This document shows, piece after piece, positions 8,441 through 17,481 of a stretch of 64,000 bases of DNA. The DNA lies in contig CAZXKG010000003.1 of NCBI GenBank assembly GCA_964641695.1, positions 84 to 64,083 of the forward strand, read 5' to 3'. Both the position numbers and the translations under genes were made by a program. The notes beneath the pieces are model-generated. The model was not told the origin of the DNA and made no database searches. It saw only the letters and a program-made list of their open reading frames with translations. Every line of letters begins with the position of its first letter. The stretch's first letter is position 1. The stretch comes from an uncultured Conexibacter sp. (GTDB lineage Bacteria > Actinomycetota > Thermoleophilia > Solirubrobacterales > 70-9).

Positions 8441-8968
8441 TTGACGAACGTAGCAGACCTCCGCCGCACTCGTCAAGTAGCTTTATTAAAAGTGTCACCG
8501 GACTCACCACAGCCGACCGCCTCACCGGAGACATCAGAGGCGCTGGGCCCGCCGCTGATCGGCGCGCTGCTTCGCCTGCCGCTGGAGGTCGTCCAGGCGC
8601 GGATGCTCGCGGCGCTGCACGACCGCGGCTTCACCGACCTGGTGCCCGCGCACCTCGTGATCATGCGCTACCCCGGACCGCAGGGCCGGCGGCCGGGTGA
8701 GATCGCAGCGGGCTCGGGCCAATCCAAGCAGGCTGCCAACTACCTGCTCGGCCAGCTCGAGCAGATGGGCTACCTCGAGCGGGGCGAGGATCCCGACGAC
8801 CGGCGCTCCAAGCGCGTGAGCCTCACCTCTCGCGGCCTCGAGGCGGGGATGGTCATGCGCGAGGCGGTCGCCGACGTCGAGCAGGAGTGGGCGGTGCAGC
8901 TCGGTACCGAGGACTTCGAGCAGCTTCGCTCTCTGCTCACCCGCCTGACCGCGATCGTCCGACCGTAG
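8441..8968 (+). CDS. MarR-family transcriptional regulator
   Basis: wHTH core GEIAAGSGQSKQAANYLLGQLEQMGYLERGEDPDDRRSKRVSLTSRG. Start uncertain: TTG 8441 or in-frame GTG 8492 just after an AT-rich stretch. Confidence 0.8.
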   Translation: MTNVADLRRTRQVALLKVSPDSPQPTASPETSEALGPPLIGALLRLPLEVVQARMLAALHDRGFTDLVPAHLVIMRYPGPQGRRPGEIAAGSGQSKQAANYLLGQLEQMGYLERGEDPDDRRSKRVSLTSRGLEAGMVMREAVADVEQEWAVQLGTEDFEQLRSLLTRLTAIVRP

Positions 8969-9091
8969 TAGCGACGCAGGAAACGCGATTCGGGAGACGA
9001 TCAGCGCGGCCGGCGGGTGCGCTCCCGCCCGGTTCGAAGTGCCCAAGTGCTACCGGACCCACGAGTCCGCTTGTCCCTATGATGCGGACCG

Positions 9092-10579
9092 ATGAGTCCG
9101 CTTACCTCCCCCTCCCTCGCCGAGGATCCCATCCAGGCCCGTCCGCATCCGATGCGGAGCCTCCTCATCCTCGGTATCGCGGCCCTCTCGTTCGCCCTCG
9201 CCCAGACGACCCTGGTCCCGGCGCTGGCCCACCTCGCCGAGGAGTTCCACACCGACACGAGCGGCATCGCCTGGATCCTCACCGGCTACCTGATCGCGGC
9301 CGCCGTCTTCACCCCGATCTTCGGACGCCTCGGCGACATGTTCGGCAAGCGTCGCCTGCTGGTCATCGCCCTGCTCGTCTTCGCCGCCGGCTCCGTGGTC
9401 TCGGCGCTCGGCAGCAGCCTCGAGACGGTCGTGATCGGCCGCGTCCTGCAGGGCGTCGGCGGCGGGATCTTCCCCCTCTGCTTCGGGATCATCCGCGACG
9501 AGTTCCCGCGCGAGAAGGTCTCGACCTCGATCGGCCTGATCTCCGCCACGGCCGGGATCGGTGGCGGTCTCGGGCTGATCCTCGGCGGCCTGATCCTCGA
9601 CAACGCCTCCTACCACTGGATCTTCTGGCTCGGCGGCGCGATGGCTGTGCTCGCTGCCGTGGCCGCGGTCATCTGGGTGCCGGAGTCGCCCAACCGCCAC
9701 CCGGCGAAGGTGGACATCCGTGGCGCGCTCGTCCTCGCGATCGGCCTCTCGATCCCGATGTACGCGGTCTCCCAGGCGAACAACTGGGGCTGGGGCGACG
9801 TCCGCACGATCGGCCTCGTCGCCGTCGGCGTCGTCATCCTCGCCCTCTGGTTCCAGCTCCAACGCCGGACCGAATCGCCGCTCGCCGACGTCACCCTGCT
9901 GGCGAAGCCGGCCGTGGCGATGACGAACCTCGCCACCCTCTTCATCGGGTTCGGCATGTTCGGCTCGTTCATCCTGATCCCTCAGCTCGTCGAAGCGCCC
10001 GAAGCTGCCGGCTACGGCTTCGGGCTGTCGGCGACGCAGGCGGGGCTGGTGATGCTCCCGGCTGCCCTCTGCATGCTCGTCGCCGGCCCGGCGTCGGGGA
10101 TGCTCGGCTCCAGGTACGGGAACAAGCTGCCGCTGGCGCTTGGCGGCGTGGTCAGCGGGTTGGGCCTGGTCGGAGTGGGCCTCGACCACGGCGCGATCTC
10201 CCACGTCGTCTTCTGGAACCTGATCTCGTCGGTCGGCGTCGGCCTCGCGTTCGCCGCGATGCCCAACCTGATCATGGAGACGGTCCCGATGGACCGGACC
10301 GGAGAGGCGACGGGCTTCAACGTCCTGATCCGCTCGGTCGGCTCCTCGCTGGGCTCGCAGCTGACGGCCTCGATCCTCACCGCCTCCGTCGTCACGGCGA
10401 CCGGACTGCCGTCCGCAGACGGCTTCACGACGGCTTTCCTGGTCACGGCCGGCATCTCGTTGTTCGCCGGGGTCATGGCTACGCTGATCCCGAGCAGAGG
10501 GGGAGGCCACGTGGGGATCGGCGAGGAGATCGGCGCCGCCTCGGTCCTCGGAGACCCCGCGTACTCGACGAACGAATGA
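9092..10579 (+). CDS. MFS transporter, DHA2/EmrB-QacA-like (about 14 TMS)
   Basis: Many hydrophobic spans. MFS motif A-like GRLGDMFGKRR. Stop overlaps the next gene start (ATGA at 10576-10579). Confidence 0.85.
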   Translation: MSPLTSPSLAEDPIQARPHPMRSLLILGIAALSFALAQTTLVPALAHLAEEFHTDTSGIAWILTGYLIAAAVFTPIFGRLGDMFGKRRLLVIALLVFAAGSVVSALGSSLETVVIGRVLQGVGGGIFPLCFGIIRDEFPREKVSTSIGLISATAGIGGGLGLILGGLILDNASYHWIFWLGGAMAVLAAVAAVIWVPESPNRHPAKVDIRGALVLAIGLSIPMYAVSQANNWGWGDVRTIGLVAVGVVILALWFQLQRRTESPLADVTLLAKPAVAMTNLATLFIGFGMFGSFILIPQLVEAPEAAGYGFGLSATQAGLVMLPAALCMLVAGPASGMLGSRYGNKLPLALGGVVSGLGLVGVGLDHGAISHVVFWNLISSVGVGLAFAAMPNLIMETVPMDRTGEATGFNVLIRSVGSSLGSQLTASILTASVVTATGLPSADGFTTAFLVTAGISLFAGVMATLIPSRGGGHVGIGEEIGAASVLGDPAYSTNE

Positions 10580-11178
10580 CCCCGACCGAGCCCGTCCCAC
10601 CACCCCCATCAGCACCTCCCGTCCCTGCGGATGGTCCGCGACGCGCCGACGCGGTTCGCAACCGCGAGCGCGTCATCGCGGCGGCGGAGGAGGTCTTCGC
10701 CGAGCGGGGAGTCGAGGCCGGCATCCCCGAGATCGCCGAGCGGGCCGGGGTCGGCAAGGGCACCGTCTACCGGAACTTCGCAAGCAAGGACGACCTGATC
10801 GCGGCGGTTCTGACCCGTCGCATCATGCGCTTCGACGAGGACGTCGAGGCTGGGCTGAAACGCGATGACCCGGGGCGGGCCGTGCGCGAGGTGCTCCAGC
10901 GCGCGGCGGCTCGGACCAACGCTCTCAGCTTCCCTGCCACGATCTACCTACCGGGAAAGCACCCCGACTTCGACAAGGCCAAGGCACGATCGAAGCGTAA
11001 GCTGGCGAAGCTCTTCGCGGCGGCGCAGGACGCGGGAGAGATCCGCTCCGACGCGACGATGGACGAGCTGTTCATCCTCTTCGGCGGAGCCTGCCGCTCG
11101 CTGACCGACGCGGGCGAGAAGGATCCGGATGTCTGGCGCCGACACACGGATCTGGTCGCCGACGCCTTCAGGCCGTAG
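10576..11178 (+). CDS. TetR-family transcriptional regulator
   Basis: TetR HTH IAERAGVGKGTVYRNFASKDDL. The 763-aa track ORF is a frame shadow over the MFS gene. The real start is the ATG at 10576, coupled to the MFS stop. Confidence 0.85.
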   Translation: MTPTEPVPPPPSAPPVPADGPRRADAVRNRERVIAAAEEVFAERGVEAGIPEIAERAGVGKGTVYRNFASKDDLIAAVLTRRIMRFDEDVEAGLKRDDPGRAVREVLQRAAARTNALSFPATIYLPGKHPDFDKAKARSKRKLAKLFAAAQDAGEIRSDATMDELFILFGGACRSLTDAGEKDPDVWRRHTDLVADAFRP

Positions 11179-11241
11179 AGGCGGCCCGCACCCTGCGTCC
11201 GAAGATCCTTCCCCCACCGGAGCGTTCGCGCCGATCGAGGC

Positions 11242-12534
11242 TCAGCGCTTTCGGATCACCCTGAACTTCGCGGTCGCGACCTTGCCGGACCCCTCCTTCG
11301 TAATGGCCCGGACGCGGAACTTGTACTTGCCGGGACGCAGCTTGTAGGCCTTGGGAGAGCTGCAGCCCTTGAAGCGGGGCTTAGCGCGGGAGGCCTTCGC
11401 GATCGAGCACTGGAACTTCGCTCCCGCGGTCGGCGAGGCGAACCGGAAGGTCACCTTCGCCTTCTTCTTCTTCGTCTTCACCCGCTTGGCCGGAGCCTTC
11501 TTCAGCTTGACCACCGGGCGCTTGAGCACGGGTGGGTCGGGCACATCGGGGGCCTTCACACCGGTCACGACGGCGACCTGCTGCGGGGTGTCGAGCGTCA
11601 CCCACAACGTGTTCCCGGGACCGGTGGCGATCTTCCGCGGACCGACGCCACCGCTGTCGGGGAAGCCGGAGAGGGTCGTCGTCGCGCCCTCGGGGGTGAG
11701 CCGCAGCAGATCGTTCCCCTGTGAGCGGGCGATCCAGTAGGCACCGTCCTGGCCGAAGACGACCCCGAACGGATCGGTGTTCTCGAGCTCGGTCGGCAAG
11801 GCGCTCCCGCCGGGCGTGATCCGACCCACCGTCTGCGGATCGCTGAGCGGGTTCGCGTAGGCGACCTGCCCGCCGAGGCCGGCGCCGACGTCCTGGGGCC
11901 CACCGCCGACCACGTACTCGGCGACCACGGGGGTATCGGTGGCCGTCGCGCTGAGAACCCGCCCGCTGGAGTCGGCGATCCAGAGCAGGCCGTCCGTCCC
12001 GACGTCCATCCCACGAGCGCTCATCCCGAGGATCGTGTTGAGGTCGGCGCTTCCCTCGGGGTCGGTGGTCGTGAAGCTGACGAGGCTGTCGTCGCCCGCA
12101 ACCCAGAGCTTGTCGTCGGGTCCGGTGGTGATCCCGCGGCCGTTGGCGAAGCCGGTGAGCGTGTAGGCCTCCGCCGCAGCCGGATCCCCGGGCGGGATCT
12201 TGATCACGCCGATCGTGGTCGATACCCAGAGGTTGTCGTCCGGCCCGACGGTGATCCCGTAGGCAGTGTTGGCGAGCGGGAACGGCGTGACCGTTCCATC
12301 AGGGGTGATCTGAGCAACTCCGTTGGCACCCTCGCGCGTGACCCACATGTTCCCGTCCGGCCCCTGGACGATCTCGTTGTTGGACCCGACTCCGTCAGGG
12401 ATGTCGTAGGAGCCCCCGACCTGTGGAGCGGCGGAGGCCGCGGAGGCGACGGCGAGCAGCCCGAGCAGCGCCGTCAGGAAGGTGGTCGATCCAATCCGCA
12501 TAGAGCCGCACCCTCTCAAAAGGCGCAGCGACAC
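11242..12534 (-). CDS. Secreted beta-propeller protein (virginiamycin-B-lyase-like repeats) with basic Ig-like C-terminal domain
   Basis: Signal peptide STTFLTALLGLLAVASAASA. Repeats GPDGNMWV / GPDDNLWV / GPDDKLWV / GTDGLLWI / GQDGAYWI / GPGNTLWV. Basic linker KRPVVKLKKAPAKRVKTKKKKAKV. Confidence 0.8.
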   Translation of the reverse strand: MSLRLLRGCGSMRIGSTTFLTALLGLLAVASAASAAPQVGGSYDIPDGVGSNNEIVQGPDGNMWVTREGANGVAQITPDGTVTPFPLANTAYGITVGPDDNLWVSTTIGVIKIPPGDPAAAEAYTLTGFANGRGITTGPDDKLWVAGDDSLVSFTTTDPEGSADLNTILGMSARGMDVGTDGLLWIADSSGRVLSATATDTPVVAEYVVGGGPQDVGAGLGGQVAYANPLSDPQTVGRITPGGSALPTELENTDPFGVVFGQDGAYWIARSQGNDLLRLTPEGATTTLSGFPDSGGVGPRKIATGPGNTLWVTLDTPQQVAVVTGVKAPDVPDPPVLKRPVVKLKKAPAKRVKTKKKKAKVTFRFASPTAGAKFQCSIAKASRAKPRFKGCSSPKAYKLRPGKYKFRVRAITKEGSGKVATAKFRVIRKR

Positions 12535-12582
12535 GTCAAGGCTCGACAGCCGTCGCCTGTTCCCCCGCCCGCGAACACCGCC

Positions 12583-12951
12583 TCAGATCGTGATCCCGAG
12601 CTCCGTGAGCCGCCGGTACACCAGCGCTGCGGAGGACGCGCCGTCGCCCACGGCGCCGGCGACGCGCTTGGTCGAGCCGTACCGGACGTCGCCGGCGGCG
12701 AGGTGCTTGGTGGCGTGCTTGTTGAGGCTTTGATCGCAGCATCCGATCTGGCCGCAGATCTGGCACATCCTCAGATGCACCCAGCTGTCGCCCGGGGCGA
12801 TGCATTGCGGACAACCGCGACCTCCCCTACCGGCTGCAGGAACTCGACCCGGTCGAGATGCGTGCACTGAGCCATCGTCCGAGCATACGGCGGCAAACGC
12901 GTCCTCGAGAGACCAGAGCCGCCGCCGCGAACTCTTCGAGCTTTTCGACAT
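12583..12951 (-). CDS. UBP-type zinc-finger protein (start uncertain)
   Basis: GCPQCIAPGDSWVHLRMCQICGQIGCCDQSLNKHATKH matches the zf-UBP pattern C..C...WVHLR.C..CG..GCCD.S.N.HA..H. The annotated N-terminus MSKSS is supplied by the 53-bp hairpin repeat and may not be real. Confidence 0.55.
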   Translation of the reverse strand: MSKSSKSSRRRLWSLEDAFAAVCSDDGSVHASRPGRVPAAGRGGRGCPQCIAPGDSWVHLRMCQICGQIGCCDQSLNKHATKHLAAGDVRYGSTKRVAGAVGDGASSAALVYRRLTELGITI

Positions 12952-12989
12952 TGCCTTCGTCTATCGAAGTCGATGTCGAAAAGCGCCCC
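12937..12989. repeat. 53-bp hairpin repeat element, copy 1
   Basis: CGAGCTTTTCGACATTGCCTTCGTCTATCGAAGTCGATGTCGAAAAGCGCCCC. Arms TTTTCGACAT / ATGTCGAAAA plus inner CCTTCG / CGAAG. Identical to copy 2 at 51 of 53 positions. Confidence 0.8.
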
Positions 12990-13029
12990 AAGAGCTGACC
13001 GGCGTCAGGATCGTCGTCTTCAAGACGGA

Positions 13030-14364
13030 TCACGGACTGCAGTCCGGGGGAGTACCGATGCCGAAGCAGTTCGGCTCGAGCGCTTCGGCGAGGCTGAGTC
13101 CGAAGCCGAGGCGGCCGCCGAAGACCGTCATCGCGAGCGCCTGGAACATCGGTGGAGGCGTGATCGCGTTGATCTGCTTCATGCTCACGACCTGGATGCC
13201 GGTGCGCCGGGAAGGCGAGTACATCGCGGTCGACTCGTAGCCGGGCATGCTGCCCTGCAGCCCGATGAACCCACCCGACTTGTAGAGCCCGAGGCCGTAC
13301 TTCCAGCGTCCGGGCCCGTCGTAGTTCCCGGGGAACACGATCGGGATGGCGTTCCGCGTCGCCTGCTTCTGCACCGACGGCTTCAGCAGCTCGCCGGTCG
13401 CCTGGGCGCGGGTGAACACGCGCATATCGGCGAGCGTGGAAACCATGCCACCGTGGGCCCAGAAGCACGACACCGGTGTCGCGGTTTCGTCATCGGCGAC
13501 GATGGGCAACCTGGTCGGGTACGTGTTGCCGTAGCCGTGAGCGAGGGGTGAGCTGAGGCCGCCGTCGGTGATCGAGGTCGGAAGGTACGTTCGACGTAGG
13601 CCGAGCGGTTTCGTGATCCGCTTCTCGATCGCCGTGCTGAGGACCTGGCCGGTGGCGAGCTCCACCACCCGGCCGAGGAGGTTGTATCCGTAGTTGTTGT
13701 AGTTCCACTCCGCTCCGGGTGGGGCTATCGGCGGCGCCTTCGCCTCGGCTGTGAGGAGGAACTCGGGGGTGCAGCCGGTGGCGAGCTTCTCCTGGACCGC
13801 CGGGAGGAGGAAACCGTCGCCGAGCCCGCTCGTGTGGTTGAGCAGCATCCGGATCGTGATCTCATCGCCGTTCGGCACACCCGCGATCCAGTCGGAGATG
13901 GGACCGTCGAGAGAGACCTTCCCGTTGCCGACCAGTTGCAGGATGAGGGTGGCCGTAAACCCCTTCGTCAGGCTGGCGATCTTGAACTGCATCCGCCTGT
14001 CGAGCCGCTCCCCGGTCGCCAGATCGGCGACGCCCCTGGCCCTGACGAACCGCCCCTTCGGTCCCCAGACGTCGATCAGCACGCCGGGGGTGTGGTTCGT
14101 CTGCTTGAACTGGCGGATCACCCGCCGCAGCTTGGCCTGCGTTCGCTTCGGAAGATGCCGCACCCCTTCCTGCGCTCGCTGCGGAAGAGCATCGGCGGCG
14201 GCGCGCGCGGAGGGGGACGGGTTGGCGCTCGAGACGCTCGCCCCGAGGGTGAGCATGACCATCCCCAGCGCGGCAGCGACCAGCGCCAGGACGCCGACGC
14301 GCCCAGCCGGACTCCGGCCTGCGAGCCCTTCGACGGTGGGTTCTTGCTTCGACGTGGGGGGCAT
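13030..14364 (-). CDS. Secreted serine hydrolase (beta-lactamase / DD-peptidase family)
   Basis: SxxK motif in FKIASLTKGF, YxN-like YNNYGY, HGG triad position. Signal/TM VGVLALVAAALGMVMLTLGASVSSA. ATG 14364 is preceded by GAGGAG. Confidence 0.85.
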   Translation of the reverse strand: MPPTSKQEPTVEGLAGRSPAGRVGVLALVAAALGMVMLTLGASVSSANPSPSARAAADALPQRAQEGVRHLPKRTQAKLRRVIRQFKQTNHTPGVLIDVWGPKGRFVRARGVADLATGERLDRRMQFKIASLTKGFTATLILQLVGNGKVSLDGPISDWIAGVPNGDEITIRMLLNHTSGLGDGFLLPAVQEKLATGCTPEFLLTAEAKAPPIAPPGAEWNYNNYGYNLLGRVVELATGQVLSTAIEKRITKPLGLRRTYLPTSITDGGLSSPLAHGYGNTYPTRLPIVADDETATPVSCFWAHGGMVSTLADMRVFTRAQATGELLKPSVQKQATRNAIPIVFPGNYDGPGRWKYGLGLYKSGGFIGLQGSMPGYESTAMYSPSRRTGIQVVSMKQINAITPPPMFQALAMTVFGGRLGFGLSLAEALEPNCFGIGTPPDCSP

Positions 14365-14450
14365 TGCTATCTCCTCTTGTTGGGTTGGATCTCCGGGACG
14401 GCGGGGGCCGGCCTCGAGAGGACGACTTCCGTGTTCGTTTGCGGTCCCGA

Positions 14451-14954
14451 TCACAGGTCCGCCAGCGTCGGCGGCGGGCCGACCACTTCACAGCCGTAGC
14501 TGGACATCCGGCGCGCCATCTCGTCGATCGGCGGCATCACCTCGTGGGCGGGCTGCCCGTTGCCGGCGACCGGCAAGCCGCTCGAGACGAAGACCTCCTC
14601 GAGGCCGCCCGGACAGAGGGTCGTGAGGATGCGAGCTCGCTCGGAGGTCACGATGTAGGCGTGCGGGATGCCCCGAGGGGCGAAGGCGAAGTCGCCGGTG
14701 CTCAGGTCGATCCGCTCGCCGTCGACGAACAGGCTCAGATCACCGTCGAGCACGTAGAAGCTCTCATCCTCGTTGTGGTGAACGTGCGTCGGGGTAGCGG
14801 TCCCACGCGGATCGATCGCCTCGAACTGGGAGAAGCTGTCACCGGTCTCGGCGGCGCCGACCTTCACCGTCAACCGCCCGGTCTTCCACCAGACGTCGGC
14901 AAGGCCCTCTCCCGCGGCGACGCGAATCGGTTCGGTACTGGCGGTTCTGCTCAT
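14451..14954 (-). CDS. Cupin-domain protein
   Basis: Cupin motifs PTHVHHNEDESFYVLDG ... GDFAFAPRGIPHAY. Start at MSRTAS (ATG 14954). Directly upstream of the serine hydrolase. Confidence 0.75.
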   Translation of the reverse strand: MSRTASTEPIRVAAGEGLADVWWKTGRLTVKVGAAETGDSFSQFEAIDPRGTATPTHVHHNEDESFYVLDGDLSLFVDGERIDLSTGDFAFAPRGIPHAYIVTSERARILTTLCPGGLEEVFVSSGLPVAGNGQPAHEVMPPIDEMARRMSSYGCEVVGPPPTLADL

Positions 14955-15055
14955 GAGGCGCTCCGATCGGTTGGGGTCGGGTACTGCCAAGCGACCGTAC
15001 GGGCACCGACCGGGAGCGTCTCCTAGAACCCCACCACGATCTCCCTACGAGATCC

Positions 15056-16486
15056 TTATCTGCCGGGCGGAGGCCCGTGAGCGGCGCTCATCGGGCCGCC
15101 GGTCGGCACCTCGCGCAAGCTCAGCGGCTGCGCGGGGCGCATCTCGAGCCGGCCGCGGCCGACGCGCTCCAGCTCGATGCCGCAGCCGGCGACCGCGAGC
15201 CGCTTGCGCAGGACGAGCAGCCTCGCTTCGAGGTTGTCGTTGCCTGCAGGGAGCCCGAGACTCTCGTCGAGCCGGAGCTCCCGGTTGGAGAAGTTGGTCC
15301 GCCCCGACGCGGCGAACTGGTTGACCATGCTCCAGAGGATCCGGCCCGGCACGCCCTTGATCACGTACTCGTCGTCGACGAACACGCTGTCGTCCGCCTG
15401 GTAGTAGACGACCTTGATCGCCCCTCCATCAGGGGTGGAGGCCGTCGACCTCGCGGGGTCGGGGTCGGGCACCGTCGTGCTCTCGGCGTCGGCGGTGCTC
15501 TCGCCGGGATCCTCCTGCAGGGTCGCCAGCGCGACGGCGAGATGGCCGCCGATCACGCGCAGCAGCCGCTCCTCGCCGGGTCCGAACTCGCCGGTGCGCT
15601 CGCTCTCGAGGTAGAGCACCCCGGTGAGCTCGTTGCGCACGATCAGCGGGACCGCGGCGGCGCTGCGCACGGCCTCGAGGCCCGGGAGCGGGATCTCCGG
15701 CCCGACGTCGTCCCCGCCTTGCCTCGCCAGGGCTTCGCGGATCGCCGCTCTCATCCCCTGGCTGCGAGCCAGGCTCGACACGCACACGACTCGCTGCCGC
15801 TCGGCAGCGACCCCGACAAGACCGGTCCCGACCGGGACCTCGGCGCCCGCCGACGAGCTCCGATACCCGTTGCTCGCGACGGCGAAGAGCCGCTCGCGGG
15901 TCACGTCGGCGCCGAGGAGGATCGACTGACGGAACCCGAACAGGTCCTCCAGCGCCTCGAGGCCGGCGCGGGTAGCGTCGTCGTAGGTGACGCATGCCGC
16001 GAGCCGTCGCACCAGCTCGTCCAGCAGGGGCAGCGGGTCAGGGGAGTGGCCGCCCTCGGAAGGCGACCGCGTCCCCTCGCCGAGAGCCGTGCAGGACATC
16101 ACCTGGTGGATGTCGACGCCGCGGAGACGGAACACCCCGGTCATGCCTGATTGAGAGGCGACCGCGTCGAGGTTCGCTTTGACCCGGTCGAAGGTGGATC
16201 CCTCGGTTTCGGTGTGCAGGAACCGCAGGTCGAGCACGAACTGGTCGACCGTCTCCGGGTCGACGAGGATCACCTGCGAGCGCGGATTGGCGTCGAGGTT
16301 CGCGCTCGTCTTGTTGAAGAACTGACGGGACAGCGCCACTCGCTCCGAATCGACGTAATGGACGATCGACAGCGTCGTGACGTTCGGGACGCCGTCGGCC
16401 GAGCACGTAGCGAGCCAAGCGGGGATGACTCCCTGCAGGCAGCGCGAGATCGATTCGAGCGGCACCGGTGCCGTTCCCGCGCTCAT
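15056..16486 (-). CDS. PPOX-like / GAF / winged-helix three-domain regulator-like protein
   Basis: N-terminal pyridoxamine-5'-phosphate-oxidase-like fold (VPNVTTLSIVHYVDSERVALSRQFFNKT). Central GAF-like region (VGTGLVGVAAERQRVV...AVPLIVRNELTGVLYLES). C-terminal wHTH-like KGVPGRILWSMVNQFAASGRTNFSNRELRL. ATG 16486 overlaps the upstream stop (ATGA). Confidence 0.75.
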   Translation of the reverse strand: MSAGTAPVPLESISRCLQGVIPAWLATCSADGVPNVTTLSIVHYVDSERVALSRQFFNKTSANLDANPRSQVILVDPETVDQFVLDLRFLHTETEGSTFDRVKANLDAVASQSGMTGVFRLRGVDIHQVMSCTALGEGTRSPSEGGHSPDPLPLLDELVRRLAACVTYDDATRAGLEALEDLFGFRQSILLGADVTRERLFAVASNGYRSSSAGAEVPVGTGLVGVAAERQRVVCVSSLARSQGMRAAIREALARQGGDDVGPEIPLPGLEAVRSAAAVPLIVRNELTGVLYLESERTGEFGPGEERLLRVIGGHLAVALATLQEDPGESTADAESTTVPDPDPARSTASTPDGGAIKVVYYQADDSVFVDDEYVIKGVPGRILWSMVNQFAASGRTNFSNRELRLDESLGLPAGNDNLEARLLVLRKRLAVAGCGIELERVGRGRLEMRPAQPLSLREVPTGGPMSAAHGPPPGR

Positions 16487-16965
16487 AGCTGCCGGCCCGC
16501 GCCGGGACCGGGCGTCTGGTCGAAGACCTCCTCGACCGAGACCGTCACCGACAGGAACTGCGACGGCTCGAACATGCGTCGCGACTGATCGGCCCGCGGG
16601 GCGACCTTGGCCGCCTCCGCGGTGAACCCGGCCAGATGCTTCTCCGCACGCGCGAGAGCCTGCGCGTCGGGTGCCGCTACTCGCGTGACCACCCCCTTCA
16701 CCTGTATCGCCGTGGCGATCGTCGGCGGACTGAACGCGATCGCGATCGCCGATCGCTCCGTCAGATTCGCCCGCGTCGGCGAGCCCACGGGCGCCGTCAC
16801 GCACAGCTCCAGTACGCGGCCCGAGGCCGACACCTCGGAGCCCCATCCCCGCGCGATGGCCGGAACCATCCCCTCGCTCCGAGTCGCGATCACCGCGGCA
16901 ACCCCTCCGTGAATGAAGGTGACGAGATCAGGAGACAGCACCGGTTCGGCGCTCGGCTGCGGCAC
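16483..16965 (-). CDS. Pyridoxamine 5'-phosphate oxidase-family (split-barrel) protein
   Basis: 160-aa ORF with a PPOX-class pattern (VTFIHGGVAAVIATRSEGMVPAIARGWG...). Translationally coupled to the downstream GAF protein. Confidence 0.7.
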   Translation of the reverse strand: MPQPSAEPVLSPDLVTFIHGGVAAVIATRSEGMVPAIARGWGSEVSASGRVLELCVTAPVGSPTRANLTERSAIAIAFSPPTIATAIQVKGVVTRVAAPDAQALARAEKHLAGFTAEAAKVAPRADQSRRMFEPSQFLSVTVSVEEVFDQTPGPGAGRQL

Positions 16966-17024
16966 AGGGACACGCTACACAGCAGCGCCGGAGCCCGGCA
17001 ACCTCGTGGGGTCGCCTGCCGTCC

Positions 17025-17285
17025 TCAAGCGAAGGCCAGCTCGTGCGGCTTCTGCAGCTTCGCCCCGATCGCCGCGAGTAGTCGCGCCGCGTCCGCCCCG
17101 TAGAGGATCCGGTGATCGCAACTCAACGTGAAGGTGGCGATTCGCCTGTCGACGATCGACCCGTCGTCAGCGCGGGCGAGGACCTCCAGAAAGCCCTCGT
17201 CATCCGCAGCGGACGAGTCCTGTCCCGATGATCCCTCGCCCTCGACCCCTCCGCGCGACGTCGGACATCGAGCTCGCGAGCTTTT
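17025..17285 (-). pseudogene. C-terminal fragment of a 2-oxoacid dehydrogenase E2 acyltransferase
   Basis: FTLSCDHRILYGADAARLLAAIGAKLQKPHELAF corresponds to the last ~50 aa of E2 catalytic domains (conserved DHR..DG motif region). Nothing upstream. The apparent MSKSS start comes from the hairpin repeat. Confidence 0.5.
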
Positions 17286-17338
17286 CGACATTGCCTTCGT
17301 CTATCGAAGTCAATGTCGAAAACCGCCCCCCAGGCCCT
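17286..17338. repeat. 53-bp hairpin repeat element, copy 2
   Basis: CGAGCTTTTCGACATTGCCTTCGTCTATCGAAGTCAATGTCGAAAACCGCCCC. Same orientation as copy 1. Confidence 0.8.
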
Positions 17339-17481
17339 CCCGGCCAGCGCACCGTCTTCCTTCCGCCCGTGCTCGCTGAGATACCCGCACCGCGCGGCCC
17401 AACGCGAAGGCTCGCGCTCTTCCTCCCGCCGTGAGCCGCCCCCGGCCCGAGCTTGACGCTCTTACGGACCCCGAAAGCCAT
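17339..17481 (-). pseudogene. Possible N-terminal fragment of a DUF4236-like protein
   Basis: MAFGVRKSVKLGPG...LRVGPRGAGISASTGGRKT resembles the DUF4236 N-terminal pattern (M.F.FRKS.K..PG...GPRG). The reading frame runs into the hairpin repeat. Confidence 0.3.

Noticed and set aside
7917-8534. N-terminal extension of the 731-aa track ORF (6339..8534)
   Set aside because: The extension is Arg-rich nonsense that overlaps the cupin gene in another frame. A good SD + ATG at 7916 starts a proper signal peptide.
8887-10575. First ~560 codons of the 763-aa ORF 8887..11178, and the antisense 512-aa ORF 9077..10615
   Set aside because: Both overlap the well-supported MFS transporter gene. Only the last 200 codons (the TetR gene) are real, starting at an ATG coupled to the MFS stop.
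15077-16150. 357-aa plus-strand ORF and 188-aa minus ORF within the GAF regulator gene
   Set aside because: Antisense or alternate-frame shadows with no motifs. The GAF/PPOX reading frame is clearly the coding one.
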